From the NCBI GenBank assembly GCA_012295275.1, contig CM022665.1, positions 21,080,001 to 21,144,000 of the forward strand: 64,000 bases of DNA. Direction: 5' to 3'. Shown here in pieces: positions 13,542 to 26,500 of this stretch. Source of the stretch: Chrysomallon squamiferum (Eukaryota > Animalia > Mollusca). The notes under the pieces are model-generated. The model had not been told where the DNA came from. It worked only from the letters and a program-made list of their open reading frames with translations, and did no database searches. Both the position numbers and the translations under genes were made by a program. How positions within the stretch are numbered: the stretch's first letter is position 1; each line of letters starts with the position of its first letter.

Positions 13542-16522
13542 TTATGTATATATGAATGTGTGTGTATCTGTGTGTGTGTGTTTATCATATGGATACATAT
13601 ATACATATATTTCAGCTGTATGGTGGGGATGTAATGCCCAGACACTGTGTGATTGCTCACACAGATGGTATCGTCACGGTAACACCAACCAGTCGTGAGG
13701 CAGAAACCTACGTAGACAGACAGCGCATTTACGAGACAACCATGTTGAAGCATGGAATGACAGTCCAGTTTGGAAAATCTTATGCATACAGATTTTGTGA
13801 TCCTCATTTTGAAGATCCAGTAAGTTTTTTTTTGTTTTTTTTGTGTTTCTATATGTGTGTGTGTGTGCATGTGTGTGTGTGTGTGTGTGTGATGAGGCGG
13901 AGAGAGAGAGGAAGAGGGGGAAGAGAGATAGAAGAGGTAAGAGAGGAAGAGAGAAATGAGAGAGGGAGGATAACAAACAGAAATGGAGGGAAAGAGGAGG
14001 CAGGAGGGTGAGAATTAGAGAGAAATGGAGATTCAGATTGTTTAACTAAATATAACTGAATTTAATGTCACCATGTATTTATTTAATATTTCAGTCACAC
14101 AGGTTCATACCTCATGACACATCAATGCACAAACTTGGAGGACGGCCACAGGAAACAAACTTTGACCTGGATGGCCATGTTGAAACACTGGGTGGTGAAC
14201 CCACTAGAGGTCCTCCACCAATGGAAAAACAAAGGTGAAAATATTTTACTAAATAAATGTAAAAAAATAAAATAAAATTTAAAAAGATCAGTGGTAAACC
14301 ACACACCAGAAAACCCCTAAAAACAGTGAAGAAAAAGAAATACAAAAAAAAATACAAATTCTTTTTTTTCAAAAATGTTTTCTGGTGACTGAATTATCGT
14401 TACTTTAGTTTATATAAATGTTGTATTATGTCTAAAAGAAATGTTTCCTTACACCTAACTCCATATGTTATAAATATCTATGATTGTTTTTGTTTTCTTC
14501 AATTTATTGCAGACTGTCTATAACTAACTTGCAGTGACTTTCTTTTCACTTTTCTAGAAATAATAAAACAAATGTTATTTAAATCTGATATTTGCACTGA
14601 CATATTTTTAAATAATTGTTTTATTTACCTTTGAATGAAACCCAATAGCCAGTTTTCTTTTTGTACTGGGGTCTCATTAATCAAACAAACAAACATATAC
14701 ATCCGTAACTGGAATTGATGTATTGAAGGTGGTTTTCTCAGAGTCTACTGTCCTTACTGTTACAAAAAACAAATAAAAAATAAACAAATCTGTAATTGGT
14801 AATGGATGTACTGAAGGGTGGTTATGTTATGTTGAGTCTACTATCCTTATTATTAAGAAACAAACATGCACATCTGTAATTGGAATGGATGTATTTAGGG
14901 TACTGGGTCTGTATCTCAGTCAAACTTACTACTGGCTTTATTATTATAAATAAAATGTATTTTTGAATGGAAAAATGGGTATACTGATTTGTGAGATAAA
15001 ATGTGTTTTTAATGGAGTGGTTTTTTTCACACAGACTTGAAATGGTGAGAAGTTCTGAGGCACTACAACAAGATGTGGATTTGTTACCAGCCAGCCTGGA
15101 ATTCAGAAACAACGGTAAATACTTTTATTGTATCCTCTAAGACCTAAATAAATCATTAAAAAAAAATCTGAATTATTATTATAGTATTATATATAGTATT
15201 ATATGTAGATTATATATAGTATTATATCCAGTGAAACTTAAATAAATAATATTAAAAAAAAAAATATCTTAAATTTTGTTATTGTGTTATATATAGTATT
15301 ATAGCTTTGGAAACTGTATAATTTTGAACGAATAAATTTGAAGAAAAAAAATTTAACATGTACTGCATGTAGTATTGTATTTATCATTTCTATTACAGAT
15401 TATGGCATACTCAATATATAGACGATAATATTTTTTTTCCCTAAACAGGAGGACAAAAACACTTTTTTCATTCTGTAGATTCTGAATGGTTCTGAAAGTA
15501 TAAATAAAAACATACAACTTAGCAATATATTTGTTATTTCTGTTGTATGTGATGGGATATTGAATATATAGGCCATACATTTTTATTTAATTTTTATATA
15601 TTTTTCTAAATTGAAAGACAAAAACAATATTTAATATTTAGTCTGGATTTGTACATCATAAACAGTGTTGGACACAAAGTACATGCACTTATTCAAAGTC
15701 ATCGGTATCATGGCAGCTGAAAAGAAATGACATAAAATAATTTGATATAAAAATAAAGACGACAGATTTATGTACATCTGTGCGTCTGTTGGTGATGTTG
15801 GTGACTGAAATTACTCTCATTGTAAGCAGTTACACAGTTTCTGGTTATTGTTGTTGATTTTTTTTTACATCTGCACCATTCCAGAGTTAAATGATAGCCT
15901 ATGTAATAAAATATAAAAAATATTTACAGAAGAAATCTCTTTTGCTGGTAGTAATCCTTAGTTTTACAGTGTCTGAACTTAATGTTTTTAATTTTTTTTT
16001 TCCTTACATCCATACTATTCCAGATTTATGTAATGGTTTTTTTTAAAACAAATAAAATGTAAAACTTTTTATTGTGTAATTACAGAAGAAATCCCTCTGT
16101 TGCCAGCGGTGATTCTCAGTGTCAACACCCGAGCAGTCCAGTTCAAACTGGCACCAACATACTCATTGTACATGGGTATCAGACATTGTCTGCTACACTC
16201 AAAACACCCAGAGTTGTCTCCCCAGCTTAGAGCACAGAGGGCTTCAGATTTCATTGGCAGAATGTCAAAGATGGTGCAGGAAGCTATTCAGGTCAGCGTT
16301 TTGGTATTTCAGTATTACTGTCTGTTATTATATTTGAACATCTTGGAGTGTTCATGTTTTAATGTAACAATCTGTTGAAGCACATCATATATAGTTTGTA
16401 TATATAGTGATAAATTAGCTTTGTTATTTCTTTTTCTTTTTATTTCTTTATTTCTTTATTTACTTTTCTATTTATTTATACTTATAATTTTTTTATTTAC
16501 TTATCTATTTACTTTTTTTTTT

Positions 16523-16557
<35 letters not shown>

Positions 16558-17061
16558 TCATTATATTTATCTGTTTCTAAAATAGGAGAATCACAATGAC
16601 CCTACAGCCCTGGCATTCTGGATGGCCAACTCATCAGAGATTCTTCATTTTATCAAACAAGATCGTGATATCCAGTCTTTGAGTTTCGAATCCCAGGAGT
16701 TGTTGGCTGAGGCTGTACAGATGGCATTTCAACATCTTGTTCGTTGTCTGCAGGTGGACCTGCATCGTGTGATGCCAGCATTTCTTGACCCCAATGATGC
16801 TGAGGATGATGATGATCGATCAGGTGAGGAGAATTTCCAAAAGAATATATGCTGTGTGTGTATCTGTATTTGTGTGTGTGTGTTTTTCTTTCTTGTGATA
16901 TACCAGCTGTGTGTGCATGCATGTTCATGTTGTTACTAAATAATATTTATAGTTTTTGATTTTCAGATATTTAATACTATTTTTATTATTTGATATGATA
17001 GATAATATTGTTGTTTCATTTCTTCTTATTTATTTATTTTCTTATTTATTTATTTATTTTC

Positions 17062-17100
<39 letters not shown>

Positions 17101-17462
17101 TTTCCAGACATTCACCAACGACAATACAACCAAAGCAAGCCAATTCTAGCTGATGTTCTAAACACACTATCGGCCGCAATGACGCTTTTACGCCGTTGCC
17201 GTGTCAATGCTGCTCTTACAATCCAGCTGTTCTCTCAGCTGTTTCATTTCATCAACATGTGGCTGTTCAACATCCTTGTGACAGAGCCACAGCTGCAGTT
17301 GTGTACGAGGTCTTGGGGAATCCGTCTCAAACGGAGATTGGGTCGAATTGAAGCCTGGGCTGAGAAACAAGGTCTTGAATTAGCCGCAGACTGCCATCTG
17401 TGTCGCATAATACAGGTAATTAGTTAATTACTATTAACTTCTTTGTAACAGTCAGAATAAAC

Positions 17463-17506
<44 letters not shown>

Positions 17507-20500
17507 GTTACAATAAAATTATGATAATAATATTTTTGTAAATTTAACTTTCATCATAGACAGAATAATTTCTTTAAATTTAATATTACATTTGTTTAAA
17601 TAAAATATATAGTTATTTATTTTGAAATAGAGACACTCACTTAAGGGTACAACTTGATCGTTAAACTTGTGCTTCTTGAAATTAAACAGTAATTAAAAAA
17701 CATATAATTAAATATGAGATAATAAAATTTTAAAAACCTCTCTATAGAAATGTGTATAAGTTTAATTTTCATCATAAACTTTACTTTATTTTTTTAAGCA
17801 AAAAATATTCAACTTGCTTATCTTTAAGGAATAGTTTTCATTTAAGCATGCCTGTTGTATCTGACCATGATAACATATCTAAAATGTCTTCTTTAAATGA
17901 ACCAGTTGTAAAAATATATCTGAATATGAGGAAAATATTAAATTATTTTAGATCTTTCTATGGAAATGAAGGAAATCATTTTCCTAATACACTGGTTTTT
18001 AAAAGAAAATGATCATAGGCTGAGGAGAGTTTCAAATCACTAAAATCTTCATATTATGAGTATTATTTTCTTGCTATTAACCAAAACACATATTGAAGTG
18101 TTTTTCTTGTAAACATTGTTTGGCATAATACAAGTAGTAAGTAATGTTACTTGATTGAATAAACATGTCTTCATCATCTACAGTTACATTCTCATTTTTG
18201 CATTTGCTATTTATTTTACACTTTTTATGATTTCTGTTTATTTTTTTAATTTATATTGGTAATAAACACTGTCATTATTGTATTAAATTTTAATTTATTT
18301 ATTTATGTATTTATTTGATTGTTATATCTATATTTTATTTTTGTAGGCTGCTCATTTCCTCCAAGCTTCAAAGAGCACCGCAGATGACATCACTAACATC
18401 AGCTCCACTTGTTTTAAGCTCAACTCAATGCAGTTTCGGGTTCTCTTGATGCGTTACATTCCCGAACCCTCGGAGCCTCCTCTCTCCCCTGCCTTCATTG
18501 AACGCATTGTTTCCATCGCTGAGAACATGGCTGATGAGCTGACACGTACAGACGGACGTGAAGTCAGACTGGAAGAAGACCAGGACCTGCATCTCCCGTT
18601 CCTGCTTCCAGAAGATGGGTACTCCTGTGATACCATCCGCGGAATTCCGAATGGTCTCCCTGACTTCCTGAAGCCACTTCAAAACCAGGGTAAACTGATT
18701 ACCCTAACTTGATTCAGATTGAAAAATAATATATATATATCTGCTTTGTGCTTGTGTGTGCTTGTGTGTGCCTGTGTGTGGATGTGTATTTATATATCTA
18801 AGTGTCTGTGTATGTATAGTTTCTACTGATTTCTGTTATGTTACTAACAGTTTATCTTACTAGTAGCACTCCTTAAAACAGCACATGATGTTTTATGTCA
18901 AGAGTCTTCTTTTCTCTTTATCACTTTTATTATTTTTCTCTTAACCTTGTACCTTTTAAATTGTCTGTTTTCAGTTTTAAGTTGGATTGAAACAGCTGTA
19001 TGATAAGAATTATGTTTTTTATTTCAGAGACATGCAAACCATCATATTATGTAAGAATTTAATTTTTATGTCAGGGATATGCAAACCATTGTATTATATG
19101 AATATTAATTTTTTACTTTAGGGATATGCAAACTAATTCCAAACAGTGCATCAAATCTGAGTTGGACTGTTTACATGGCAGATGGAAGACCTTTGGAGGT
19201 TTGTCTCCTGATTAATTTCAGTCAGTTTAACATAATTTAAAAATAAAATACCTTAATTGATTTAAATCTTTAGAAAATGATGTCTACCATTTCATGGTGC
19301 AAACAAAGAGATTATTTTAAATAAAGTGGTTTAGTGTGTTTGTGTTTGATAAAGAATGTAAACTGAAATGTGTGAATTCAGTAATAGTTGTTTTACTGAA
19401 ACTAAAACCAAAGTAAAATAAAAAAAATATACTGAATTTCGATATAGAAGAAATAAAAAATATACTGAATACTGATATACAAAAAATAAAAATATATTAA
19501 ATTTTGAAATACAAGATATGAAGACTATATTGAATATTGATATATAAGTATAAGAAATAAAAAATATATTGAATAGATATACAAGAAATAAAAAAAATAT
19601 ATATAATTTTGATGTACAAGAAAGAAAAAAAATATATTTTATTTTCAACCTGGTCACTTTATATCACTTGTTGCTTTAGAAATAGAAAAATTTAATGGAA
19701 TGGTGTTAATTTGATTTATAAACTTTTATATAGTTTATAAAGATTTTTATTTTGTGTCTTTGAGATGATATTGGTGATTGTCTTTGTTTTTTGTTTTTGT
19801 TGTTATTGTTATTGTTTTCTGTTATTTTTTTTCTTCACTTCAGAAGAATCTACCAAAAGATCCAATGCCAAATGGACTACAGCCATCCCCAACTCTACAA
19901 TCCCGATCCCCACAGGAACAGAAAACACCTGAAATAATGACAGTTGTTTTCAAGAAAGTTAAGGGAAGCATGGGACTCAGTATTGTGGCTGCCATGGTAA
20001 CTGATACATTTCTTTCATATTTTTTTTTACATTCTTTCAAACATCTTACATAAGTCTAACTTTGGATATAGTAACACAATAAGTTAAAATAAATGTACTA
20101 AGTTTGTTTTTCATTCTGTGAATGTTCGTTTGTGTATGTTCATTGGTATTAGTGGCCTTGTTCTATGCTTGTGTGTGTTTAATGATGGAGTGTGTGTGTG
20201 CTTACGGATGTGTAGATGTGGTTATATATGGGTGCATGTCTATATACTGTACACAAGTTAAATAAATGTAAAGGTTATTACAAGCTAAAGGTATTAGTAA
20301 AAACAACAAAAAACTGGATTGCTCTCAGTTATCTAATGCTTCAAGATGAACAAAATTAGTAAAATATTGTTCTGTTTTGTTGTGAGCTAGAGCTGATTTG
20401 TTATTTTTTTCAGTAATACAAATAATAATTATAGTATTCATAACAGTAATAGTTCTAGTAGCAGTAGTAATTGCAATAGTAGTAGTAATGTTAATAATAA

Positions 20501-23500
20501 TAATCATAATAGTAGTAGTAGTAATAATAATTAAAAAAAAAAAAAATCTTTTCTGAGTCTAATTACAATTTTGTATTATTTTCTCCAGGGTGAAGGTCAA
20601 AGAGAGAGAGGAATCTACATCAAATCAGTGGTGTCTGGTGGTGCTGCAGCTCTTGTGAGTACTCACTGTATTCTTAATACTCACATTTTGTTTTATTTCA
20701 GTGCCCACATCTTATAGTTGGTGAGAAATAAGAAAATATCCTGTTAATTTGTGAACTAAATAGTCGATTCAGTGTTTTATATAAATTTATATTTAAAAAA
20801 TCTGATAATTTGGGAAACATTTCTGTTTATAATTTTTCATAATCTTAATCTGTTATACCTGGAAACTCTTAAATATCACTTATTATTATTTATTAATAAA
20901 TATAACTAAATTAATCTATTCTCATTAATAATACAAAACATTTTTGTTTGTAAATAATTTAGTTATCTTTATGTACAGTTACTAATAATTAAATTTAGAT
21001 TATCAAGTATTAATAATAAAATAATTTTGCTCTACAGTTGTTAATAATAAAATAATTGTGCTCTATAATTATTAATAATTAAATATTTTAGCTCTAAACT
21101 TATTAATAATAAAATAATTTGAGCCTAAAATTTTTAATAATAAAATAATAATTAATATTAATAATTAAATAATTTTGGTCTACATTTATTAATAAATTGA
21201 ATTATTTTGGTCAGCAGTCATTAATAATTAGATAATTTTCATCTATTTTTAATAAGAATTAAATAATTTTCATCAACAATTATTAATTAATTAAATCATT
21301 TTGGTCTGTAATTATTATCAGTAAATTAATTTTGGCCTTCAGTTATTGATAATAAAATACTTTTGGAGTGCTTTTATTGATAAATAAATAATTTTTGTAA
21401 ACGATAAATAATTAAATAATTTCTGTTTACCATTGTTAATAATAAAATGATTTCTCTATAGGATGGTAGGTTACAAGCAGGAGATCAGTTGTTGGAGGTT
21501 GATGGGATGAGTCTTGTAGGACTAACACAAGACAAGTAATTATTTTTATTATTTAATTAGTTATCATTTGATATATCTTGTTTTACATACAAATAGTTTA
21601 ATTAATATAATAATAATATGTTACTGTTAATTACATCATTTTATTATTATTATTATTTTCGTAACCATTTTTTAATACATCTTTTTTACCTTTTTTTAAT
21701 TGTTTTTTTGTAATTATAAAAATTTTTAATTTTATTTATTTATTTATTTAAATTGTAACTAGAATATATTTCTTTTGTTAATTCAGTAATTGGAATTTAT
21801 CAGAAGTTTAGAGGAATTCTCTGAGTGATTTATTTTTTGAGTATGATTGATTGCACTTTGATTGTTTAATGTTAAAAACTTGATTGTATTTAGATCTCCT
21901 ATAAAATGACATGTTATGATTTTTTAATATAAAAAAAAATGATTGTGTTTAGAGCTGCAGAGTTGATGACAAGGACAGGACAGACTGTGACACTGAAGGT
22001 TGCCAAGCAGGGAGCCATTTTTCATGGACTGGCAACTCTGCTTAGTCAGCCATCTCCCACCATGCAGAGAGGTACCCATCTATTTTTGTGTTTTTAATTC
22101 TCTTTTCACAAAGTTAAAACATCAGTTCTAAAGTAAAATGTTTTCATTTACACAAAAGTAAAAATAATATCTTTTATCACAAAGTTAAAGCTTTAGTTAT
22201 AATGAGAATTTTTAATTTTATAAAAGTTAAAAAAAATATCCAATTTCTGTGGATTTAATTTTAGGTCCTGATTAAGTTCTAACGAGAACCATTAAAAAAA
22301 GTTATAAAAGTATATTCTGTAAATGATTAAATTTTACTAGATTGTTGAAATGGCCAGTTACAAGATAACACTTTTTAGATCTTATATCTAGTTGAAGTCT
22401 AAATTCAGTGATAAGTAGATGATACACATTGGTATGCAAGATATCATCCAATCATAACACCACTGAGGTACTCTAATCATCACTTTGAAATAGATACGGT
22501 TTTTTTTGTTGTTGTTTTCTTTTTTTTTTACTTGTTTTTTGTTAATTTTAATAAATACTTTTCCTTCATCAGCTGGAATGGTCTGTGTCCGAGTATGTTT
22601 TCTTTAGGGTTTTTTTCTCATTTATCTTTTAAAATTTCTTTTTGTTAATTTTAATAAATATTTTCTTATTATCAGCTGGAGGTACTCCAATGAAGGGTCC
22701 AGGTTCAAGTCCTGTTCCTGCCCCGATGAATACGAGAAACAAACCCAACTTGGAAGATGGCCCGCCACCATATAATGATGTCCCCAGAGAAATGCTGGAC
22801 AATCGAGATGGCCACAACCGCATAGTTAACGAAGGACCAAGAAGACAACCTAGTCCCAAGATTCAGCGTCCTCCCAGTGGCATGCAAGGTCCCCCACCAG
22901 GCACCATGAGCCCCTCTCTTGGTGGGATCCAGGCTCCTCCTCAAGGTAGAGGCCACCAGGACCAGCCTCATGGTATTTTTTTTGTAGTTTACCATTTATT
23001 GGGTTAGAACAAAAGACCATAACATTTTAAAATACAATTCAAAGCCAATATTTAGATATTTATACATGTGAACAAAATGGCACATCTGTGATTACATCTT
23101 TCAGAATATGAATATATGTTGGATATTTTTGTCTCATGTGTGAAATGAATCACATGCTCAAACACCACCTGCTGTAAAACAGTACAAGCTTTTGTTAATC
23201 ATAAAGTTTAATTTAATATATCTTTGAGGATTTGTAAAGTCTTGAAGTTGAGATTTTTGTTAATTTACCTAATTAAACTGTCAATTTAAAATATCGGAAC
23301 ATTAATTTGATTTAATGTCATTTGGAAGCAAAAATTTATTAGGGTTTTTAAAAAAAAGAAAAAATTATTATTATTATTTTTTTTGGACTGTTTTCATCTG
23401 CTATTATTATTATTTTTAATTTCTATTTGCAGGTGATGATCGATATCGCAATCCTGTTGGAACTCCAGAAAACCCTACTCATCCACATTCACATCGGCCA

Positions 23501-26500
23501 TACAACAACAGCAGCAACGTGCATCGACGGGATGTGTACGAAAAAGACCCAAGATCTAAATCTACATCTAATCTTCACACTGAGCCCCAGTTTGATCAGT
23601 ACGATCCTCGTCTTATGAAACCAGCAGCATCTGTCGCAGCGCTGGGTCCAGGAGTCCATGGTGGATACCAACAGCCTCCAAGACAGGAGGACTACTCACC
23701 ATACACCCCAAAAGTGAATGACTACGAAAACCAGCCTAACATGAACACCTTCCCTAGCACAAGAAGTGAGAAGCCAGGCTACCAAGATATCAACCAGAAT
23801 ATGCTGGATGGTCCTCCTACAGTGAAACCGGGACATTACCACAGTCAGCCACATCTCCACCCCAGCCAGGCAAACGACAGGTCTTCAGTGTCCTCAAAGA
23901 ACTCCAGCAACAGTCGGGAAAACAGGCCGCAGTCTGCATATTTCGATGGACAGTGGAACAGAGATGAGTTCATGAGACCCAAGTCTGATGAGATCACACC
24001 AAACAGGATTCAGGAGTGGCAGGAAAAGCTGGAGGATCCTCGCAGTGCACATTTGAGAGGACACCAAGAGCATCAGCGCTCCCCCACCTCTCCCAATCCT
24101 CACTACCAGACAGGACCCCCAATGTCACCTGGTTACCAACAGCAGGGAGGACCTATGAGACCTCCAAATGAAGACATTCCAAAGGTGACTCTGAACAACA
24201 CTTCAAGGCAGCCCAACTTCTATGAGAACACAATGCCTGTCCAACAGGAGCCCCAACCTCCATTCCATCAGCTTCAGCGACAGGAGGAGAAACCTAGACC
24301 AGCTGTTGCTCCTAAACCAAAACCTTTTGTGGCCCCTAAACCCTTCCAGCCTCGAGTGCAGCATGCCGAGATTCCTCTCAGCACTGTTGACAATCGCCAA
24401 ACCCAGCCTCAGTTCTTTGACTCCAGACCCACTTCCAAGACTCTGCAGCCACATTCTCCAAGCACCTACAACCCACCAGTTTCAAAACAGCCAACCTATC
24501 AGCAGATCAACAGACAGACAGACAGCAGACCTTCCAGTCAGCAGCAGAAAAAATACTCTCCAGAGAGACACTCGGCATCATTTGGAAATTACAGAAACCA
24601 AAATGAAATGTCTTCTCCACTTTCTAATGAAACCCCTCCAGATCTACCACCCCCTCCTTTGCCAGAAGACATTCATGAGAACTCACCCCCTCTTCCCCCA
24701 CCACCAAGTCAGGACTATGTTGAACAGCAGCTGCAGGAGGAGCAGAGACGGCTAATGAATCAGTTGAATCGCCAACAAAACAATCAGTACCCATCTTCCA
24801 TGGACCCCAGATATCCTGGATCCACTGGTTACCGAGGAGATTACAGTCCACAACAGACAGGACAACAGTTCCAGGAAAGGCCACAAGAGCCGAGATCTGG
24901 TCTGTTCAATGGGCCAGCATCCCAGGCCAATAGTGTCCATCCCAATTACCAAAACATCAGTTTTCAGGGACCCGACCCACAGGCTCCTCCCCCAGTCCCC
25001 CAGCCTCCTGCCGAGCATAATCTTTATGAATCATATGAACCTCGAAAGATGGAGGAGAACTTCCAGCCCCCTGAGGCCCCACCCAGTGCTATGCACCTGA
25101 CAGTGCAAGAAAAAGAATACACCATAGCTGCATCACCCTGGGATCGGGAAGAAAGGGAGAAACTCGAGGCACAGAGAGAAGAAGAGATGGCAAGACTGCG
25201 AGAGGTGGAAATTGCTGAGCTGGAATCAAAAACATACCTGAACCCCCAGGAGCAGGAGAGACTACGCAAGCTACGACTGGAACACGAGTTTCAGAAGAGA
25301 GTGCGAGAGACGAAGGATAGAGATGACGATGATGATGATGATTCTGACAATGAAGCTGCAGAAAGACTTTATGTGAGTAACATTTTATTACATTGCTCTG
25401 TTCAAATACATGTAGCATTCCATTATATTTGTTTGTTCAAATGCATGTAACATTTCATTATGTTTGTTCATGAATGCATATCATATACATTTAAGAGATG
25501 GTTGTTTTTAAATATAATTATTTCACATGTACATCAGAATACATTTGATTATTATGATGATTTAACATAGTATTTTGTCTCGTACATCCATGATTATTAT
25601 GAAATGTTAAAAAAATTTATCTAAGAATTCAATAAAAAAATTACTTGTATTTGACATCATACAAAATATATCTTTTCAAAAAATAATTTTAGCTACATTT
25701 CAGCATTTTTTTCATATTTCTTCATTTTTAGAACCCCTATATTAAAATACTTAAATGTTTAGTTGTCACAAATGGGTGAAAGATATCCCCAATGTTATAA
25801 ACTCCATAATCACTAATTTGTGTTCAAATAATTGTTAATATCTGCATTTTTTTTTTTTACTTTCCAAATAGTGTTGATATAATTTTTAATGTGTGAAAAG
25901 AACAACTGGTTTTTTCTTTCAAGATATTTTCTAAAAAATGTATTCAGATGAAAAAACAGCGTCTGTTATAACTGTAGTTCAATGAAGTTAAATAGAATAT
26001 GTTTTTTTTCAGTCAAGAGATCGAATGATTCAAGTAATGAAGGAAGATTTAGAAAAATCAAAAAACAGATTGATGGATTTGGAGAGGAAGAGACTGCTAG
26101 ATGAATTTGAAGCTGAAAAAGAAAGATTGATAAGGTAGGCAGTCATTTTAAAATCTACTGTCATTATATTTCCTAAGCCTGTCTTTCAAAAATTCTGTTT
26201 GTTGCAGGAAAAAAATGAGAACACAGTTCATATAAATATATATCTGAATGTATTGAACATTGTCAAATGGCAGTATTAACAATATCTGAATATGTTTTGT
26301 ACATTGTCAGATGAGTATGTTTTATACACTGTCAAATGGTAGGTTTCTTTACTAATTTAGATATATAGGCAAAGTATTTCAACATTTCCATTAACTAATG
26401 CAATAATATGTTCATAATCCATTTGGCTTCTCTTAAACATTATTCATTGAAAGATTAGACAGATATCATCTACAGGCAACAAGAGACAGGTTTTAGCAAG

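Noticed and set aside
23894-25418. Several antisense and alternate-frame ORFs over the giant afadin exon
   Set aside because: Expected shadows of a GC-richer coding exon; no recognisable domains.
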